Shown here piece by piece: positions 37,733 to 51,288 of a DNA stretch of 64,000 nt. A program made the position numbers and the translations under genes. This DNA is from Squalus acanthias. Taxonomy: Eukaryota. The stretch spans positions 17,176,001 through 17,240,000 of the forward strand of contig CM059432.1 of the NCBI GenBank assembly GCA_030390025.1, in the 5' to 3' direction. Under the pieces are notes generated by a model. That model worked only from the letters and a program-made list of their open reading frames with translations, did no database searches and was not told the origin of the DNA. How positions within the stretch are numbered: the first letter of the stretch is position 1; every line of letters begins with the position of its first letter.

Positions 37733-38349
37733 GTTGGATGTGAGATATGAAACCCAAAAAGGCATGGGTAAATCAAAATCTGGTGATTTGACCATTGCTT
37801 TGCAATTGATAAGATACAAAATGAAGCCAATGAAGAAAACAGGAGGAGGGAGACAATGATTGAATTGGGGGGGGGTGGTGTGAAGAGAGAGAGAGATGAT
37901 CGATAGAGAAGGAACGACAGAATACAGAACAAAACCTTAGCCAACAAACAAACAGCCAGAAGATGAATCATTAACTACAGCCCAAGTAAAGTGATGCAAG
38001 GGAAATGAAATGACAAGAAATCCAATTTCAGTCAAGGTGCTCAGATAATACAAGCCAAATGGAACCAGTAAATAACTATGATCTGAACCTTGACACCCTG
38101 CGAATCATTCCAGTTTATACTATATAGACTGAGGTTTATGGGGTAATTTGAATCTTGTATTCAGGACAACTGCCAGTGCATTTCCATGTCACTGTGCAAT
38201 GCTGTTGGCACTTATGATGCAGCTACAGCAAATTTATCAAAAAATAATTTGCAGTCAGCTATTCTCTATTTTAAAGGCAATCTGCATTGGTCAGACATAC
38301 AATGAACTACCCAAAGGAAGGTAGTCTGCAGTGGAAGTAAGTGCACACA

Positions 38350-41300
38350 GACAAAAAGTGTCACTGAAATTTTTATTCTTCATGAAAGAGAATATATTGA
38401 AACACACTGTATATGGAAGAATAGAATCTTTTCTAATTTTCTTAAAATCAACTGAATACACAGTTAAAATGGAAAGTGCTGAACATAGTCAAACAGTCAC
38501 TGTTTCATGCAATGACTCATTTTAAATCCCTCCAACAAAAAAAAGCTTGAAAATATAGAAATAAAGTCTATGCCATTAAGTCACTCATATCATTCTATCT
38601 TAAACATTCTTTGCTTTCATCCCTTTTTAAAAACTAAAGCATATGTGTTTAACACATTTAATATTTCCACTCAGCAAGAGCTACTAGTGCCCCAACTTAA
38701 TAAGTTGATTAAAAAAGCAGTTGTCTTTTGGCCAGTTCACTATGGAACCATATTTAAAATGAGATGCCTTTATATAGCAATTGGTATAAATGGGAGGCAT
38801 TTGATGTTTTTCCTCCTCCATTCCGTCTAAGTGCAGTTCAATAGTTACAAGGTGACACTAGCCTCCTAAAACCATGGATCTCTTAATATAGACAATTTTG
38901 GTAATCCTTAAATATACAGAAAAGAAACACCACGTACATGCTGTGCAAATTTGGAGCAATCACTGTCATTTTGGCATATTTCAGTTAAGTTTTGTTGATG
39001 GATGGGTCAAATGCAAGATCTTTGCTGCATTTTAACAAAAAAAACTGGCAAGCAGCCAGGCTCCTCTTCACAATTATGAGGATTTTAAAAAACAAACAGA
39101 CATGCTAAAAGTACAATTGCTTTAGCTGTTGATCTGAATGTGCAGAACAGAGAAAACACTACAATCGTATTTGGGACCTGTTCACACAAAATAAGTTATA
39201 CATTGATCATCGTCAACTGGGCACATCTTAACAGGTGGTGTGAACAAGCACAATTCTTTGCATTAAATAAAGTGAACAAGTCATACCATTGAAACAAATT
39301 AAGATCTTAGTCCCTGGTCATTGTTAATATAAATAAATTTAAACTTATATTTGAACAGCTTTTCCCCCAATTGACATAGAACAGACCTTACTATAAATTG
39401 CATTGAGTATTCATAAAATACTGCACTTTCCCATTATCTTTATCCTCAAAGTCTATTATAGCATGTTTGTTTGAACAGCAAGTAGTTCCACTTTTGCTGG
39501 GCATGGATTAGCAATAGATTTAAAACTCTGGACAAGCTCAGAAAATCAAAGACCCATTAAATTTTTATTTCCCCCCCCCCCCATACAAATATAAAAAGGA
39601 AATTTGAAACTTTAAAAAATTCTTGAGGATAATTACCTTATCAGAACAGTTCAAATATAAACTTCACCCAACACAAGTTGACATTTTGTTAGAACAGGTC
39701 TGCTAAGTTCAGTAGTATTTTAAATTACAAAAAAATAATTAATTCACAATTGCAAAATAAATAGGACCTTGAAAAAAGTGTTTAAAAGTCTTTCTTGATG
39801 TAGAATTGTGTGCAATTTTTCTGTTGGATTGCCTTAGCATTCAAAAAACAAGCATACTACATTCATAGAGTTTTGCTTTAGTCGTCAACATTTTGATGGT
39901 ACAGGACCAACATGTCGAACTATAGAATTCCTGCAAAGTCCCTTCCTTTGCCATTTGTTGATGTCTATTTGCTTTGGCAAGATGGTGTTTTTGTTCCAAA
40001 CACACACGTCCCTGCACTGCATCCACACTTCAAGTACTAATAATGGATTTACTGATGGAGTTCAGAATAGATGTTACATACAATGCCATTATTTTTTTCC
40101 TGGTGATGACACAGCACAGTTTCTGCATGCATTCGAAGTCTATTTTACAACAAAGGTAGGTAGATAAATTATTGCAACATTTGTTTGATTCGTCTGCACG
40201 CAACAAAAAAAAAACTCAGTGGTTTTTTCTTCTTCCTCGTCACAGTGTGAAAATCATTCTGAATTGCATTTCTCAATTAAAACCAAGCTGAGTAAGGCCC
40301 AGGCTAATTCTGGAAATATCAAGGCTGTGACGAGTAGTTCTCTTTCGCTCCAGCATTGAGAAGAGCTTCTGTGCAACAGAAGTGTCACTATTGTATGCCA
40401 CATTTTTGCGGTCCTTTCTCGATAGCAACAGGCAAACTTCAACCCACCTCAGAATTGTATCTCTAAAAACCATGCCACATTTAGTTTCTGGCTTCTTTGG
40501 CCCCCCAACTCAATTTTCAAAAGACTGGCATTTTATGATGTTTCTTGAACTTTCATCCAGTGATAAAATACAACCCTAATTGGGCTGCTGCACTCTGTTT
40601 TCCTATAGGTGGCATTTCAGGCATTCGAACAATTCCCTCCATAGTAGACGATTTGCTAACCTATTACTTTTAGCGCTATAATGCTGGGACAGCCAATTAT
40701 TAATGCCTCAAAGTCTGAGTTGCAGTCTCAAACAACATTCAAGCTCTGAAACCCACATTGGGAGAGGTGAAGCAGTTTTGACAGGCTGAAAGATGGAAGA
40801 TCTTCCCTGTGGAGGGGAAACTAGCAGAGCCACTCCCATCCTGTAGAAATGTATCTCCTGATCATAAAGCAGCTACGAAAACAGTCTTGGACGAAAGAGC
40901 AAAAGTATATAATTAGAACATATATAACACAGCCATCAACCTAGCAAAGCAGAGTATAGGAAGTTCAGCACAAAGGTAGCAGATCTTTTACACAAATCAG
41001 TGAGGATCTTCTAAGAATTTGTAAGCCATTTGTATTTTCAGGGCAAGTTCTTTGTTTATAGTCTTTGCTGATTTAATCAATGGTATTAATTTGTAGCATT
41101 CATGTCAGATGTTTGTTCTTTCACTTAAAAGTCAACCCCAGGTGAAAATATGAAAAAAATGAGCGTACAGCAATGTTAGTATTAAAATGTAAATTACTGC
41201 TTCAAAATCTCGAACAACCGAAAACCTGGACAGTTGCTATCTAAAACAAAATGTTTTTGATGGGTTAGGCTCACATCTCAAGAGGCCAACATTCTAGTTG

Positions 41301-42231
41301 TATATAAGAATAGCACAAGACAGTTCTCGGTCATTTAATCAGGGCTTATTATACTAAACTCTATCTTACCCAAGGACATTGCCCATTTTATATAAAGTGG
41401 GTATTTGTGGTGTACGGCTTACCACAATAGTTAACAGGTAAAGCCAGTTATAAGTCAGCTAACGATGTGCATCCTACACGAGAGAAAATTTGGCAGCTCA
41501 TTTCTTCTTGAATTTTATAGGGTGACCAAAGATGTTCATGGCCTACCTGGAAACCTACCTGGATGAAGACAGCAAATGTAAAGGAAAAACAATTGCATAA
41601 TGGAGTTTGAAATTTTTTTTTTTTTTTATATAAAGTTGCCCGGGAAAATAATCAGTCGTTCAGATTATACTGATCGAACATTTCCACACTAAGAAATCAA
41701 TGGCACCTTTCCTGTTCTAAATTACCATTTTAACGTTCTATTTATGTTAAGCTAGGTCAGAACTTTTAAAGTTTCAATCAGGAGTGCCAGCAATGGTATA
41801 AATTGAGACTTTTAAAAGTGACTTTTTAGGAAAGCGATTATTACTGCAAAATAGAATTTTTTTTTGAGCTACAAAATGTTGTGTTTGCGCAGTGGATCAA
41901 GACAATTTTTTTTTGACTGTACCAAAAATCTGCCTATTCACTTGATGCCTCACTGTATAGCTGTTGGTACATAAAAGCAGCAAAATGTTAAATTTGTTCT
42001 GAAAAATGTTCATTTTTAAAACTTATTAAAAAATGTTACTCATGAAACTGTTTTGGTTCACAGTATACAATACCAGACTGCTGGGGCAGGCTTTTACCAG
42101 AACCGAATGTGGTTAGTTTTTGCTTTTTTTTTTGCAAAGTGGGTTAAGACTGCAGAAGAGAATGGAGGACAGGAAATTTGTTGTGCATTTCTGATCATGC
42201 AATTTCTGGAATGTTTTGCTAATGTGTCAAT
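38350..42231 (-). other. Probable long SLC45A4 3' UTR; candidate AATAAA on - at 38372-38377
   Basis: About 3.9 kb with no recognisable transposon after the stop codon, in an otherwise repeat-dense region; another AATAAA on - lies near 39565. Confidence 0.4.
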
Positions 42232-42591
42232 TCAAACAGCCGATTCGATCTCCACTTCAGAGATGGTGCCTTTACGAGTCAGCTTCAATACAACGGGCTT
42301 CTCTGGATTTTTCCCACTGCTTTCTGAAGATGCCGTAAGAATCCCTTTATTCTCTTCCTCCACTTGGTCCTCCTGATTCCCAGGATATATCACAAGAAAT
42401 AAGGCAGACAAAAAGCCAAGAAATGAACCAACGGATGCCATAATAGGGATGACTAGAACTGAACCAACTGCTTCCACCACACTGCCTAGTGCTGATGCTA
42501 CCAGGATTTGGGAAATATAAACTTGACAGGATAGGATCGCGCAGTCTATCCCAAAGCCCCTCTTGGAGTTTCCAGGACTGTGATTTCTATA
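42232..42591 (-). CDS. SLC45A4: SLC45A4 terminal coding exon (MFS transporter)
   Basis: TTTTGCAG| acceptor on -; YRNHSPGNSKRGFGIDCAILSCQVYISQILVASALG...EVEIESAV then TGA; 360 nt, phase 0. Confidence 0.95.
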   Translation of the reverse strand, partial: YRNHSPGNSKRGFGIDCAILSCQVYISQILVASALGSVVEAVGSVLVIPIMASVGSFLGFLSALFLVIYPGNQEDQVEEENKGILTASSESSGKNPEKPVVLKLTRKGTISEVEIESAV

Positions 42592-43165
42592 CTGCAAAAC
42601 AAAACGAAACAAGTTTGACTAGTCTTGATAATGAAGATTCACCTTTTTATAAACCTACAATGCTCACTAATTATAAAATTAAAAATTAGGAACAATGTGA
42701 AGCATGTTACAATGGCTCTCAAACCCACTAACTGTATGCTTTACAAGAAATAAGGGTGCCTTTCTCTAAAGGCTTTACAAAGCAAAATAGTAACTCAAGT
42801 CTTTTTATTTGAAAGCACACAGAAATTTAGATTTGTGGGATATTGGACATTCAACACAAAGATTGGTCTGCCCTTTGTGGCTCATTTAAGGCACAGGTTT
42901 AAAAAGTTCCAATCCCAATCTACGCCATTCGGTGCACCTAGATGGGAGAAGCGTGCTCCATTACAGCACAACACCTGGAATGCATAACTGGCACGGCTAG
43001 AATAGGGGACCATCTTTTCTCAAAAGTAATTAATTACAGATAATTAATTATACTGTAGTTTGGATCCCACCTTTAGTCTACATCATTTTAGGAAGACGTT
43101 CTGCTACCAAGCACTGCAATTTTAAAACTGTGGCAGCAAACAGAAACCGCAAACATGCTGCTTAC

Positions 43166-43377
43166 CGTTTTCATTTCATGGTATTGTCCAAGAAGAGCGT
43201 AGGGACAGTAAGAGATACTCATGGACACGATTCCCATTGTACTGATCATTATCATCGACACATAAACATTGGGAAAAATAGCCATCACTGCAGTACCAAT
43301 CGAAAACCCCAGCGTTCCCAATATGTAGATAACTTTAATGCTCAAATCGTAGTTGTCCAGGTACTTCTGTAAAATGG
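43166..43377 (-). CDS. SLC45A4: SLC45A4 coding exon
   Basis: GGCAG| acceptor; (A)ILQKYLDNYDLSIKVIYILGTLGFSIGTAVMAIFPNVYVSMIMISTMGIVSMSISYCPYALLGQYHEMKT; donor |GTAAG; 212 nt, phase 1-0. Confidence 0.95.
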
Positions 43378-44692
43378 CTGCCAGGAAAAATAAAAATAAT
43401 TGAAGTTTACAAAAACAAAATCAGTGATTTAATGAGATACTATTTATTACTGTTGTGAAATTAAGCAGAGTGAATGTATTTTAACCAGCAGCCACCAATC
43501 TCTGAAAATAATTAAATCACTACTTTCCCACCAGTTAATAATTTGGTTTCTAGTCCAACGTTCTGACAATACTCGAGCTCGCGTAAAGTGCTCTCTCCCG
43601 ACTTGTACACAACAGCCAAACTCAACAGGGTGGAGGGAAGGAGAAATTGCACACCTACTTTGCACACTTCAGATTGCTGCATATATATCTGCAGAGTAGC
43701 AAACTGAATACATATCACATGTGGTGGGCAAACTATCCAAAAATGCAGGGGCACATCCACATTCCAACACTAAGTGTTACATTTTGTCCCTTCGCTGTTT
43801 ATATCTGTACAACTTACTGATTGAACATTGAAGCAAAACTACTGAATGTTTTATTACCATAACTGGCAGTTTTTCAGAAGTATTAATAACGAGTAAATTT
43901 GTAAATTTTTAGAAAGCAACATCTGCATTAATACATTTTACCCCATAACACAGACAACTTTTGTCCAATATAATCTCTCCAAATATCTTACTCAATTGGA
44001 AAGTTCAGCAGCTCCTCAGACACTTTTGAAGAACCAAATAAATTACAGCTGGATAATAGGCAAGAGACATCCTGGCTATCTTCGAAGCATTGTATACCCC
44101 CCATCCCATCAATCTAGAATTTCATTTAGTCTTCAAACCCCTCATTATTCTGCAGAGTTATTGCTGTAAAGTCAAGAGAATCAGACTAACTGAATTCAGA
44201 AATAGTATAAAAACACACACTAATGGTAATGAATTAGAGGAGTGCATTTACACAGGTTTTAGTACTTGGCTCCTCTTGAGCCAAATTGGTCCCTGCTGTG
44301 CTAAAAACAACAATACCTCCTTGTTCATTGCCACATTAAAACAACCTCTTTAACAAAACACACATTTTGTATGGCTCCCAAAAGCAGCATTACATAGACA
44401 AAGGGACAGTCTACTGTATAGTTATGAAAACATTTGGGTATCATTGTGTCAATACTAAAAGGATACACCAACTAATCTCCATTCATGACCTGCATATTGT
44501 TGCCTTGTGGCCTTTCACCTACAGCACAAGCATTTTTCTCTCAAGTTGACAGCAGTCTAATTACACTAGTATTAGAATGAATACCGAGCATAACCATGCA
44601 ATTGATTATGTCAAGACCTTGGCTTTAATACAAGGACTGGATTTTATGGTAGCCCTCAGCCTGGTTCTGGCACAGTTAGCCTCAATACTAAC

Positions 44693-44792
44693 CTGAACAG
44701 ATGGCAGCAGTAACAGCATAAATAACAAGTCCCCAGCATCCCATCTGCACACCAGTGTTATAGTTCAAGAGCTCAGTAGAATTGGAAGGACC
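44693..44792 (-). CDS. SLC45A4: SLC45A4 coding exon (absent from the ORF track)
   Basis: TTCCTCCAG| acceptor; GPSNSTELLNYNTGVQMGCWGLVIYAVTAAICS; donor G|GTTAGT; 100 nt, phase 0-1. Confidence 0.93.
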
Positions 44793-47743
44793 CTGGAGGA
44801 ACAAATCATTATTTGAAGAATTTTGATTAGGCCAACGGCATCAACACTAACAACTAAAATTGCCGTTTGTGGCTCAATAACGGCAATATGTTACTAAAAT
44901 TTCAATATACTCCAGTTTCATGGGCAGGAAAGAGAAAGAGAATGAATGCCAGGGCCAGAGACACAAATCAACTTGTCAAGAGTGGAGTGGTCTGGAAGGG
45001 GAAATGAATCTTCAGAGGACTCTGCTGTGGGCATGTTTAAATTTTAATCTGATGATGGGACCAAGATTTTGAGTATGACTGAAACCTAGCTCATGATGAA
45101 ATTCATCTGATTATAAAGAGCTAAAGTTATTTCTATGCATTTTGTTCAACCATAATAAAGTTATTTTGGCTATAGGGACACATACACATTATCCAGTTTT
45201 TATTAGCTGAGCAATTGTTTGAAACTTAGCCCTTATACACATCCACTCAGTTGAGGCTTTCTGGTCAGCGTTAGTGTTTGTGTATAGAAGAGAGAATCAA
45301 TGTTTCCTCCCAAATTAGTTGATTGCAGGCTGGAAGTTTGCAAAATGGATGTACAGTGCTAAAACAATTAGACATATTCTGGTCAACAAACACACTGCTT
45401 TAAAAAAAAAAGTTGAACACACTAATTTCCCTTGCAGTTCTTATCCAAATTTTCAGCTCGAATCTTCTGAGAATGCATTGTATGTTAGTGAGTCACTTAT
45501 ACAAAAAAGAAAAATGAGAACACAAGTCAATCTGTAATGCTTACTAACACCTCCCCAAGCTGCCAAGTCATAGCCATGTCCAAAGATGCCCAAGATATCA
45601 CAGCTGCTCTCAGTTCAGTTATTGTCTAAGCTCTGTGTTTTGGGCAATGGGGTGGGGAAGAAAGACAAGAGGGGGAGAAAAAGGCAGCTGAGGAGAAAGA
45701 GAACACATTAAATTGACATATCAGGTGCCTTCCAGTGAATCATTTCAGATGTTAGAATGTACAAAGTATTTAGTTTGTTCCCTCCCCTTCAAGAAAACAA
45801 ATATACAACATGCTCTACGCACCGACTTGAAAATCTGAAGTATAAAAAAAACATTTTTGCTTTTTGTAAGAAAACAGATCAAGGATGCTTTGTGATAGAA
45901 TGAAAAATTGTGTACATCTAATGTGACCGTAGTACAAAGTATGTTCATCAATTGTTTTATAGTTTATTTAGTTGATGTTTTAAGAGCTTGGATATTGTTA
46001 AAAGTAAAAGGTCAAGTCACACATTTGTATTTCATCCTGTTTTCTTAAATCATGACTGCTTCACACTCTGGCTTTCCTTAGGCTGCAAAATTTAGGATAA
46101 CAGAAGCTGAAAGATTAGTCACTGGTTACAAAAACAAACCTCTTTTGTGGTCCAAGTGAGGGTGGAATAATACTATCCAATTTGTGAACTTGTACTGATT
46201 CTGAACTGTGGTCAGAAGAACCTTTAAATCATCTGGATACAGCACTAAAGTTTTGCAGTCCCCATTTACAAAAAATATTTTAGCTTCAGGTCAAACTTGA
46301 AAATTAAGTAGCTAACAAAAGAAATTAAAGCTAGTATTAAGTCAAAGGAGGAAGCTTATAAAGTTGCCAGAAAAAGCAGTCAGCCTGAGGATTGGGATCT
46401 TTTTAGGAATCAGCAAAGGGGGACCAAGAAATTGATAAAGAAAGGGAAAATGGAATATGAGCACAAACTAGCGAAAAATATAAAAACGGATTGTAAAAGC
46501 TTCTATAGGTATGTGAAAAGTAAAAGACTGGCGAAGGTAAATGTAGGTCCTTTAAGGTCAGAAAAGAGAGAATTTATAATGAGGAAATGGCAGAGAAATT
46601 AAATACTTTGTTTCTGTCTTCACGGAGGAAGAAACAAAAAACCTCCCAGAAATACGAGAAAACCAAGGGTGTGGCGAGAATGAGGAACTTAAATAAATTA
46701 GTAAAAAACAGTACTAGCAAAATTAATGGGACTAAAAGTCGATAAATCCCAAGGACCGGATGACCTACATCCTAGGGTTTTGAAAGAGGTGGCCATTGGG
46801 ATAGTTGACGCATTGGTTGTCATCTTCCAAAATTCTATCGATTCTGGAACGGTTCCTGCAGATTGGAGGATAGCAAATGTAAGCCCGCTATTTAAGAAAA
46901 GAGGGAGAGAGAAAACGGGGAACTACAGACCGGTTAGCCTCATCAGTAGTTGGGAAAATGCTGGAATCTATTATAAAGGACGCAGTAACTGGGCACTTAG
47001 AAACTAATAGTAAGATTGGGCAGGGTCAACATGGATTTATGAAAGGGAAATCCTGTTTGACAAACCTATTGGAGTTCTTTGAGGATGTAACTAGTGGAGT
47101 AGACAAAGGGGAACCGGTAGATGTGGTGTATTTGGATTTTCAGAAGGCCTCCGACAAGGTCCCACACAAGAGGTTGGTGAACAAAATTAGGGCACATGGA
47201 ATTGGGGGTAATATAATAGCATGGATTGAGAATTGGTTAACAGACAGAAAACAAAGAGTAGGGATAAACGGGTCCTTTTCAGGATGGCAGGCTGTGACTG
47301 TGGGGTACTGCAAGGATCAGTGCTTGGGCCCCAGCTATTCACAATCTATATCAATGGCTTGGATGAGGGGACTAAACGTAACATTTCCAAATTTGCTGAT
47401 GATACAAAGCTAGGTGGCAGTGTCAGTTACGAAGAGGATGTGAAGAGGCTTCAGGGCGATATCGACAGGCTCAGTGAGTGGGCGAGAACATGGCAGATGG
47501 AATATAATGTGGATAAATATGAAGTTATCCACTTTGGTAGAAAAAACAAAGGCAGAGTATTTCCTAAATGGTGAAAGATTGGGGAATGCAGATGCTCAAA
47601 GGGACCTGGGTGTCCTTGTACACGAGTCACTGAAAGTGAATGTGCAGGTGCAGCAAGCCATTAGGAAGGCAAATGGTATGCTGGCCTTCATTACAAGAGG
47701 ATTTGAGTACAGGAGTAAAGAAGTCTTACTCCAATTATATAGG

Positions 47744-49592
47744 CTCTATTTTTTCTCCTTGTCCAGTCTCTTCCCACCTACATCCGCGACTCTTCCGATG
47801 TCCTCCGCCACTTTAACAGTTTCCAGTTTACTGGCCCCAACCGCCTCCTTTTCACTATGGACGTACAATCCCTCTACACCTCCATCCCCCACCAGGATGG
47901 CCTGAGGGCGCTCTGCTTCTTCCTTGAACAGAGGCCCAACCAGTCCCCATCCACCACCACCCTCCTCCGCCTGGCTGAACTTGTTCTCACATTGAACAAC
48001 TTCTCCTTTGACTCCACTTACTTCCTCCAAATTAAAGGTGTTGCTATGGAAACCCGCATGAGTCCTAGCTATGCCTGCCTTTTCGTGGGATATGTGGAAC
48101 ATTCTTTGTTCCAGTCCTACTCAGGTCCCCTCCCTCACCTCTTTTTCCGGTTCATTGATGACTATCAGTGCCGTTTCCTGCTCTCGCCCTGAACTAGAAA
48201 ACTTCATTCACTTTGCTTCCAATTTCCACCCTTCCCTCACCTTCACATGGTCCATCTCCGACTCTTCCCTTCCTCGACTTCTCCGTCTCCATCTCTGGGG
48301 ATAGGTTATTGAAAAACATTCACTACAAGCCCACCGACTCCCACAGCTACCTGGACTACACTTCCTCCCACCCCGCTTCCTGTAAGGACTTTATTCCATT
48401 CTCCCAGTTTCTCCGTCTCTGCTCTGACGATGTCACCTTCCATACTAGTGCTTCCGACATGTCTTCCTTTTTCCTCAACTGAGGATTCCCCTTTACTGTG
48501 GTTGACACGGCCCTTGACCGTGTCCGTTCTATCTCCCGCACTTCTGCCCTCACCCCTGCCCCTCCCGGAACCACGATAGGGTTCCCCTTGTCCTCACCTT
48601 TCACCCCACCAGCCTCCACATCCAACGGATCATCCTCCGCCATTTCCGCCACCTCCAGTGTGATCCCACCACCAAACACATCTTCCCCTCACCTACCCTT
48701 TCAGCATTCCGAAGGGACCGCTCCCTCCGCGACACCGTGGTCCACTCCTCCATCACCCACAACACCCCTTCCCCTGGCACCTTCCCGTGCAAGCGCAAGA
48801 GATGCAGCACATGCCCTTATACCTCCCCCCTTCCCACTGTCCAGGGCCCCAAACACCCCTTCCAGGTGAAACAGCGATTTATTTGTACTTCTTGCAATTT
48901 AGTATACTGTATTTGCTGCTCACTATGCGGTCTCCTCTACATTGTGGAGACCAAATGCAGATTGGGTGACCGCTTTGTGGAACACCTCCGTTCAGTCCGG
49001 ACCCGAGCTTCCGGTCGCCTGTCACTTTAATTCTCCGCTCCACTCCTACTCAGACCTCACTGTCCTAGGCCTCTTACATTGTTCCACTGAAGTTCAACGT
49101 AAGCTTGAGGAACAGCACCTCATCTTTCGATTAGGCACTTTACAGGCTTCTGGACTCAACATAGAGTTCAACAACTTCAGATCATAACCTCGGCCCCTAT
49201 CATATATATTTTTTTTTCCACCCACACTTTTTTTTTGTGTTTGTGTTTTCTTCTCTCCCACATGGCAGCTGTCTTTCATTCTGCCAGCACAATTTACACT
49301 TCATCTAGAGCCATCCTTTGTTTCTTAACCTGTCCCATTATCATCTCCTTTTGCCTTGAATATCTCAATGTCTCTTAACCTCTCCTGCCTTCTATCTTAT
49401 CATAGACCTTCCCTTTTGTTCTTTCATCCCCTCTCCCCTTTCCCAGCTCCTACACTTGCTTAAAAATCTGTTCCATTTCCTGCTTTTTTCCAGTTCTGAC
49501 GATAGGTCATCGACCTGAAACGTTAACTCTGTTTCTCTCTTCACAGATGCTGCCTGACCTGCTGAGTATCTCCAGCATTTTCTGTTTTTATT
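47744..49592 (+). mobile_element. Penelope-like element (RT + GIY-YIG, 5'-truncated, degenerate)
   Basis: MDVQSLYTSIPH, QIKGVAM..M.PSYACLF, YKPTDSHSYL, NLVYCI.C..CGLLYI.ETK.RL..RF.EH; 14-bp TSD TCCAATTATATAGG (47730-43, 49593-606). Confidence 0.93.
49491..49531 (+). ncRNA. Minimal type I hammerhead ribozyme motif in the PLE 3' repeat
   Basis: AGTT-CTGACGA-T-AGGTC(ATC)GACCT-GAAAC-GTT-AACT: core boxes, stem II, stem I AGTT/AACT, palindromic ACGT in place of stem III. Confidence 0.75.
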
Positions 49593-51288
49593 TCCAATTA
49601 TATAGGGCCTTGGTGAGACCATGCCTGGAGTACCGTGTACAATTTTGGTCTCCTTACCTAAGGAAGGATATACTTGCCATAGAGGGAGTGCAACGAAGGT
49701 TCACGAGATTGATTCCTGGGATGGTGGGACTGTTGTATGAGAAGAGATTGAGTAAACTAGGCCTGTATTCTCTTGAATTCAGAAGAATGAGAGGGGATCT
49801 CATTGAAGCATACAAAATTATTACAGGGCTTGATAGGGTGGCTGCTGGGAGAATGTTTCCCTTGGCTGGGGAGTCTAGAACCAGGGGCCACGGCCTCAGG
49901 ATAAAGGGTAGGCCATTCAGGACTGAGATGAGAAGAAATTTCTTCAGAGGGTGGTGACTCTTTGGAATTCTCTACCCCAGAGGGCTGTGGAGGCTCAGTC
50001 ATTGGGTATATTCAAAACAGAAGTCGATAGATTTCTGACTAGTAAGGGCATCAAGGGATATGGCGATAGGACCGGTGAATGGAGTTGAGGCAGAAGATAA
50101 GCCATGATCTCATTGAATGGCGGAGCAGGCTCGAAGGGCCGAATGTCCTACTCCTGCTCCTATCTCTTATGTTCTATGTTCTTTCTTTAACCTGCGCCAT
50201 TTCCATCAACAGCTCTGGTGGTGCCTTTAACAAAATTTGTTATCGAGGGAAAAGGGAACCGAATTAGTTGACAAGGAATATAAAAAAGATAAGGGCAGAG
50301 AAACAGGAGTAGAGTTGATCACTGCAGTTGAAAAGCTAGCAATAGCATAATGGACATTCTGTGATGTCATTGCTAGGATTCGCACTCAACTCTATTAATC
50401 TGGGTCTTCCTTGGATAGCAAACCCACTTTTTCCAGCAAACCGTGAATTTTATACACATTATACTTTTTAATTATAACCTTGTTACTTTAGATGTTCTGT
50501 AAAGGAAAGAACAAACCATCCAATAATCTCAACATCCCATCTACTCATTTCAAAACCTATGTAGTGTGTGTGGAGTTTCATTTGACTTATCCTCGGTTAC
50601 ATAACTGGTGTAAAAGAAGCTCGAATTTCAATCTGAAATTATGCAACTTGAATTTGGTTTTAATTAAAACCAAATTCATTTAAATCAGATGAAGGGACAC
50701 CTACCACCAAGCTAAAGATAATAAGGGTTTCATCAAGGACTAAACAGCATATTAGAAGACATTTTTTATCATTACCCTCCTTCCAAACAGTAGATATGCT
50801 AAAGAATACCAACATAAACAGTTAATACTAGGTCAATAAACTCCTTTTAGAATTCTACAGGGGAATGGGACTAAGTGTTTGGCTCTTTCAAAAGTCAGCA
50901 CAGGTATGATGAGCTGAATGGCCTCCTTCAGTGCTATAAATTTCTGATGTTGTGAAATCTAGATAACTATTTGGTAAACAAAGTCTAAAGTTACAAAGAT
51001 AAGCAAAGATCAACGACAGTATGGCTCATGTTGCAGAAAATATGGAATCATCTACAGAATCAGCATTCATTGCCCATCCCTAAAAAAGTCAGGGTCGTCT
51101 AATCTAGATGGTTAGATTCGAACTCTGGATATAGCAAAGCCAAAGAGTTTTAAATTCCACAATACTGTATGTTCTGCCTCATCTCGTGGAAGAAACAGAC
51201 TTAGTGGGCAGAATGGCCATATCTTGTATAATAAGAATGTCAAGTATGAAGAACAAAGAAGATGGTTAAATTAAAAATAAAAACTTAC

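Larger units (their letters stand above)
46310..50182 (+). mobile_element. CR1 LINE ORF2 plus 3' UTR, split by a PLE insertion (47744-49592)
   Basis: RT motifs (GPDDLHPRVLKE, YLDFQKA, KFADDTKL); LLQLYR|ALVRP resumes after the insertion; TTCTATG tail. Confidence 0.92.
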
